A DNA stretch of 63,987 nt, filler included, from Hyphochytrium catenoides (lineage: Eukaryota; Protista; Hyphochytriomycota): assembly GCA_900088475.1 (NCBI GenBank). It is 14 parts of 14 records of this genome, joined end to end, with 100 filler letters (N's around TTAATTAATTAA, not from the genome) between each part and the next. Parts side by side here need not be neighbours in the genome. Positions count along the whole stretch, not along the records: positions 62,768 to 63,987 come from FLMG01003240.1; 13 more parts are not named here. The stretch is one strand, 5' to 3'. The notes under the pieces were generated by a model, which saw only the letters and a list, made by a program, of their open reading frames with translations, was not told the DNA's origin and searched no databases. The translations under genes and the position numbers were made by a program. Below, piece after piece: positions 63,051 through 63,987 of this stretch; within the stretch, counting starts at the first letter, position 1; each line of letters starts with the position of its first letter.

Positions 63051-63987
63051 AATATTCAGCTTCGACCCTTCACCTTAGGGAGTTCGAGCTGCGGGGAGGT
63101 GTTGGGGTCTGAGGGCACAGCTATGTGGACTACAAGCTAGCAAGCTTAACTACCAAAGTTTCAGCTCTAAACTCCCAGTAGAAGCCGAGATATGAAGCAA
63201 ACGAGATACCCCTGTTTATATCTATGGCTTATGGTCAGTACCCCGGAATACCTTCAGGGCTGACTGTTCTAGACAGGGACTTCTCTATGAGTGAATATCT
63301 TAGGGTTTATTAGGAATAGTTGGCATAGTCGGAATAGCTCTAGTTTATGGGACCCCAGTTGGGCTTATAAGTGGAGCACTCTCATCTAATGACATTGTCC
63401 AATCATTCCATACAAATTCAACAGGTTATGGGCCCACGCGTCCCCCAGGACTCGGAAACTTGTTCTGAGGCCTCTGAGCCAACCATTGCGATCCCGACCG
63501 AGACCAAGATCAAGTCGGCCCCCTGGAGCAGCCAACGAGCTCCACTGGGCAATAACGGTTACACGGTCCCGCCAGCTTCTAAAACAACTAGCCAGTACCG
63601 GCTACCGGTACAGTCATTATAGCTGCTAACGGCAATCCTGTTCCATTGAAACTTTCGGGAATATTTCGGTGAAAAGTGCAGGGGAACATTCGAAACATTG
63701 GAAAGTTTCATCCAAAATTTCGGTATAAGTTTCAACCCCTCCACCGAAAATTTCAACCATACGAGCACTTTTATAAGGGAAAGTTTCAAGCACGATTTCG
63801 GCCCAAAATCAACTCTTTCCGGAGCTTTCAAAGAGTGACAGGGGGTAAATCGGCATCGCTGAGTTCATTGGTGCCATTATTTTCTGCTGAAACCCCTTCG
63901 TGTTGGAGATATCGTTCAATTTATCAAGGCAAGAAGAACATCAAATCCTACGGACACAAAGTCTCATATTGTCCATTTCTCTTTCCA

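Overview
Eukaryotic, intron-rich protist-type DNA (stramenopile-like by gene architecture; taxon not determinable here), not a prokaryotic locus. The window is 14 contig pieces joined by 13 artificial 100-nt spacers (N-run + TTAATTAATTAA + N-run), so adjacency across spacers is unproven. Genes reconstructed by manual splicing: an intronless NADAR-family ORF with a PIP-box-like N-terminus near a short (CCCTAA)n tract; a large protein with at least 10 PH domains, four helical repeats and an IQ motif; UDP-GlcNAc pyrophosphorylase; Ku70 ending in an RG-rich tail rather than a SAP domain; a WW-CaaX protein; an FN3 protein; a VPS9-like/PDZ-like/ankyrin/REM/RasGEF protein; phosphatidylserine synthase; a kinase-C2H2-PP2C fusion whose catalytic Asp lies on a 10-nt microexon; and an organellar Der/EngA GTPase. 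Most ORFs in the supplied track are (GA/CT)n microsatellite artefacts or exon fragments. Best novelty candidates: the PIP-box NADAR, the kinase-phosphatase fusion, the dual-GEF scaffold, the SAP-less Ku70, and a recurring 5'-(GA)/3'-(CT) polarity inside introns. All domain calls are motif recognition by eye; no searches were run.
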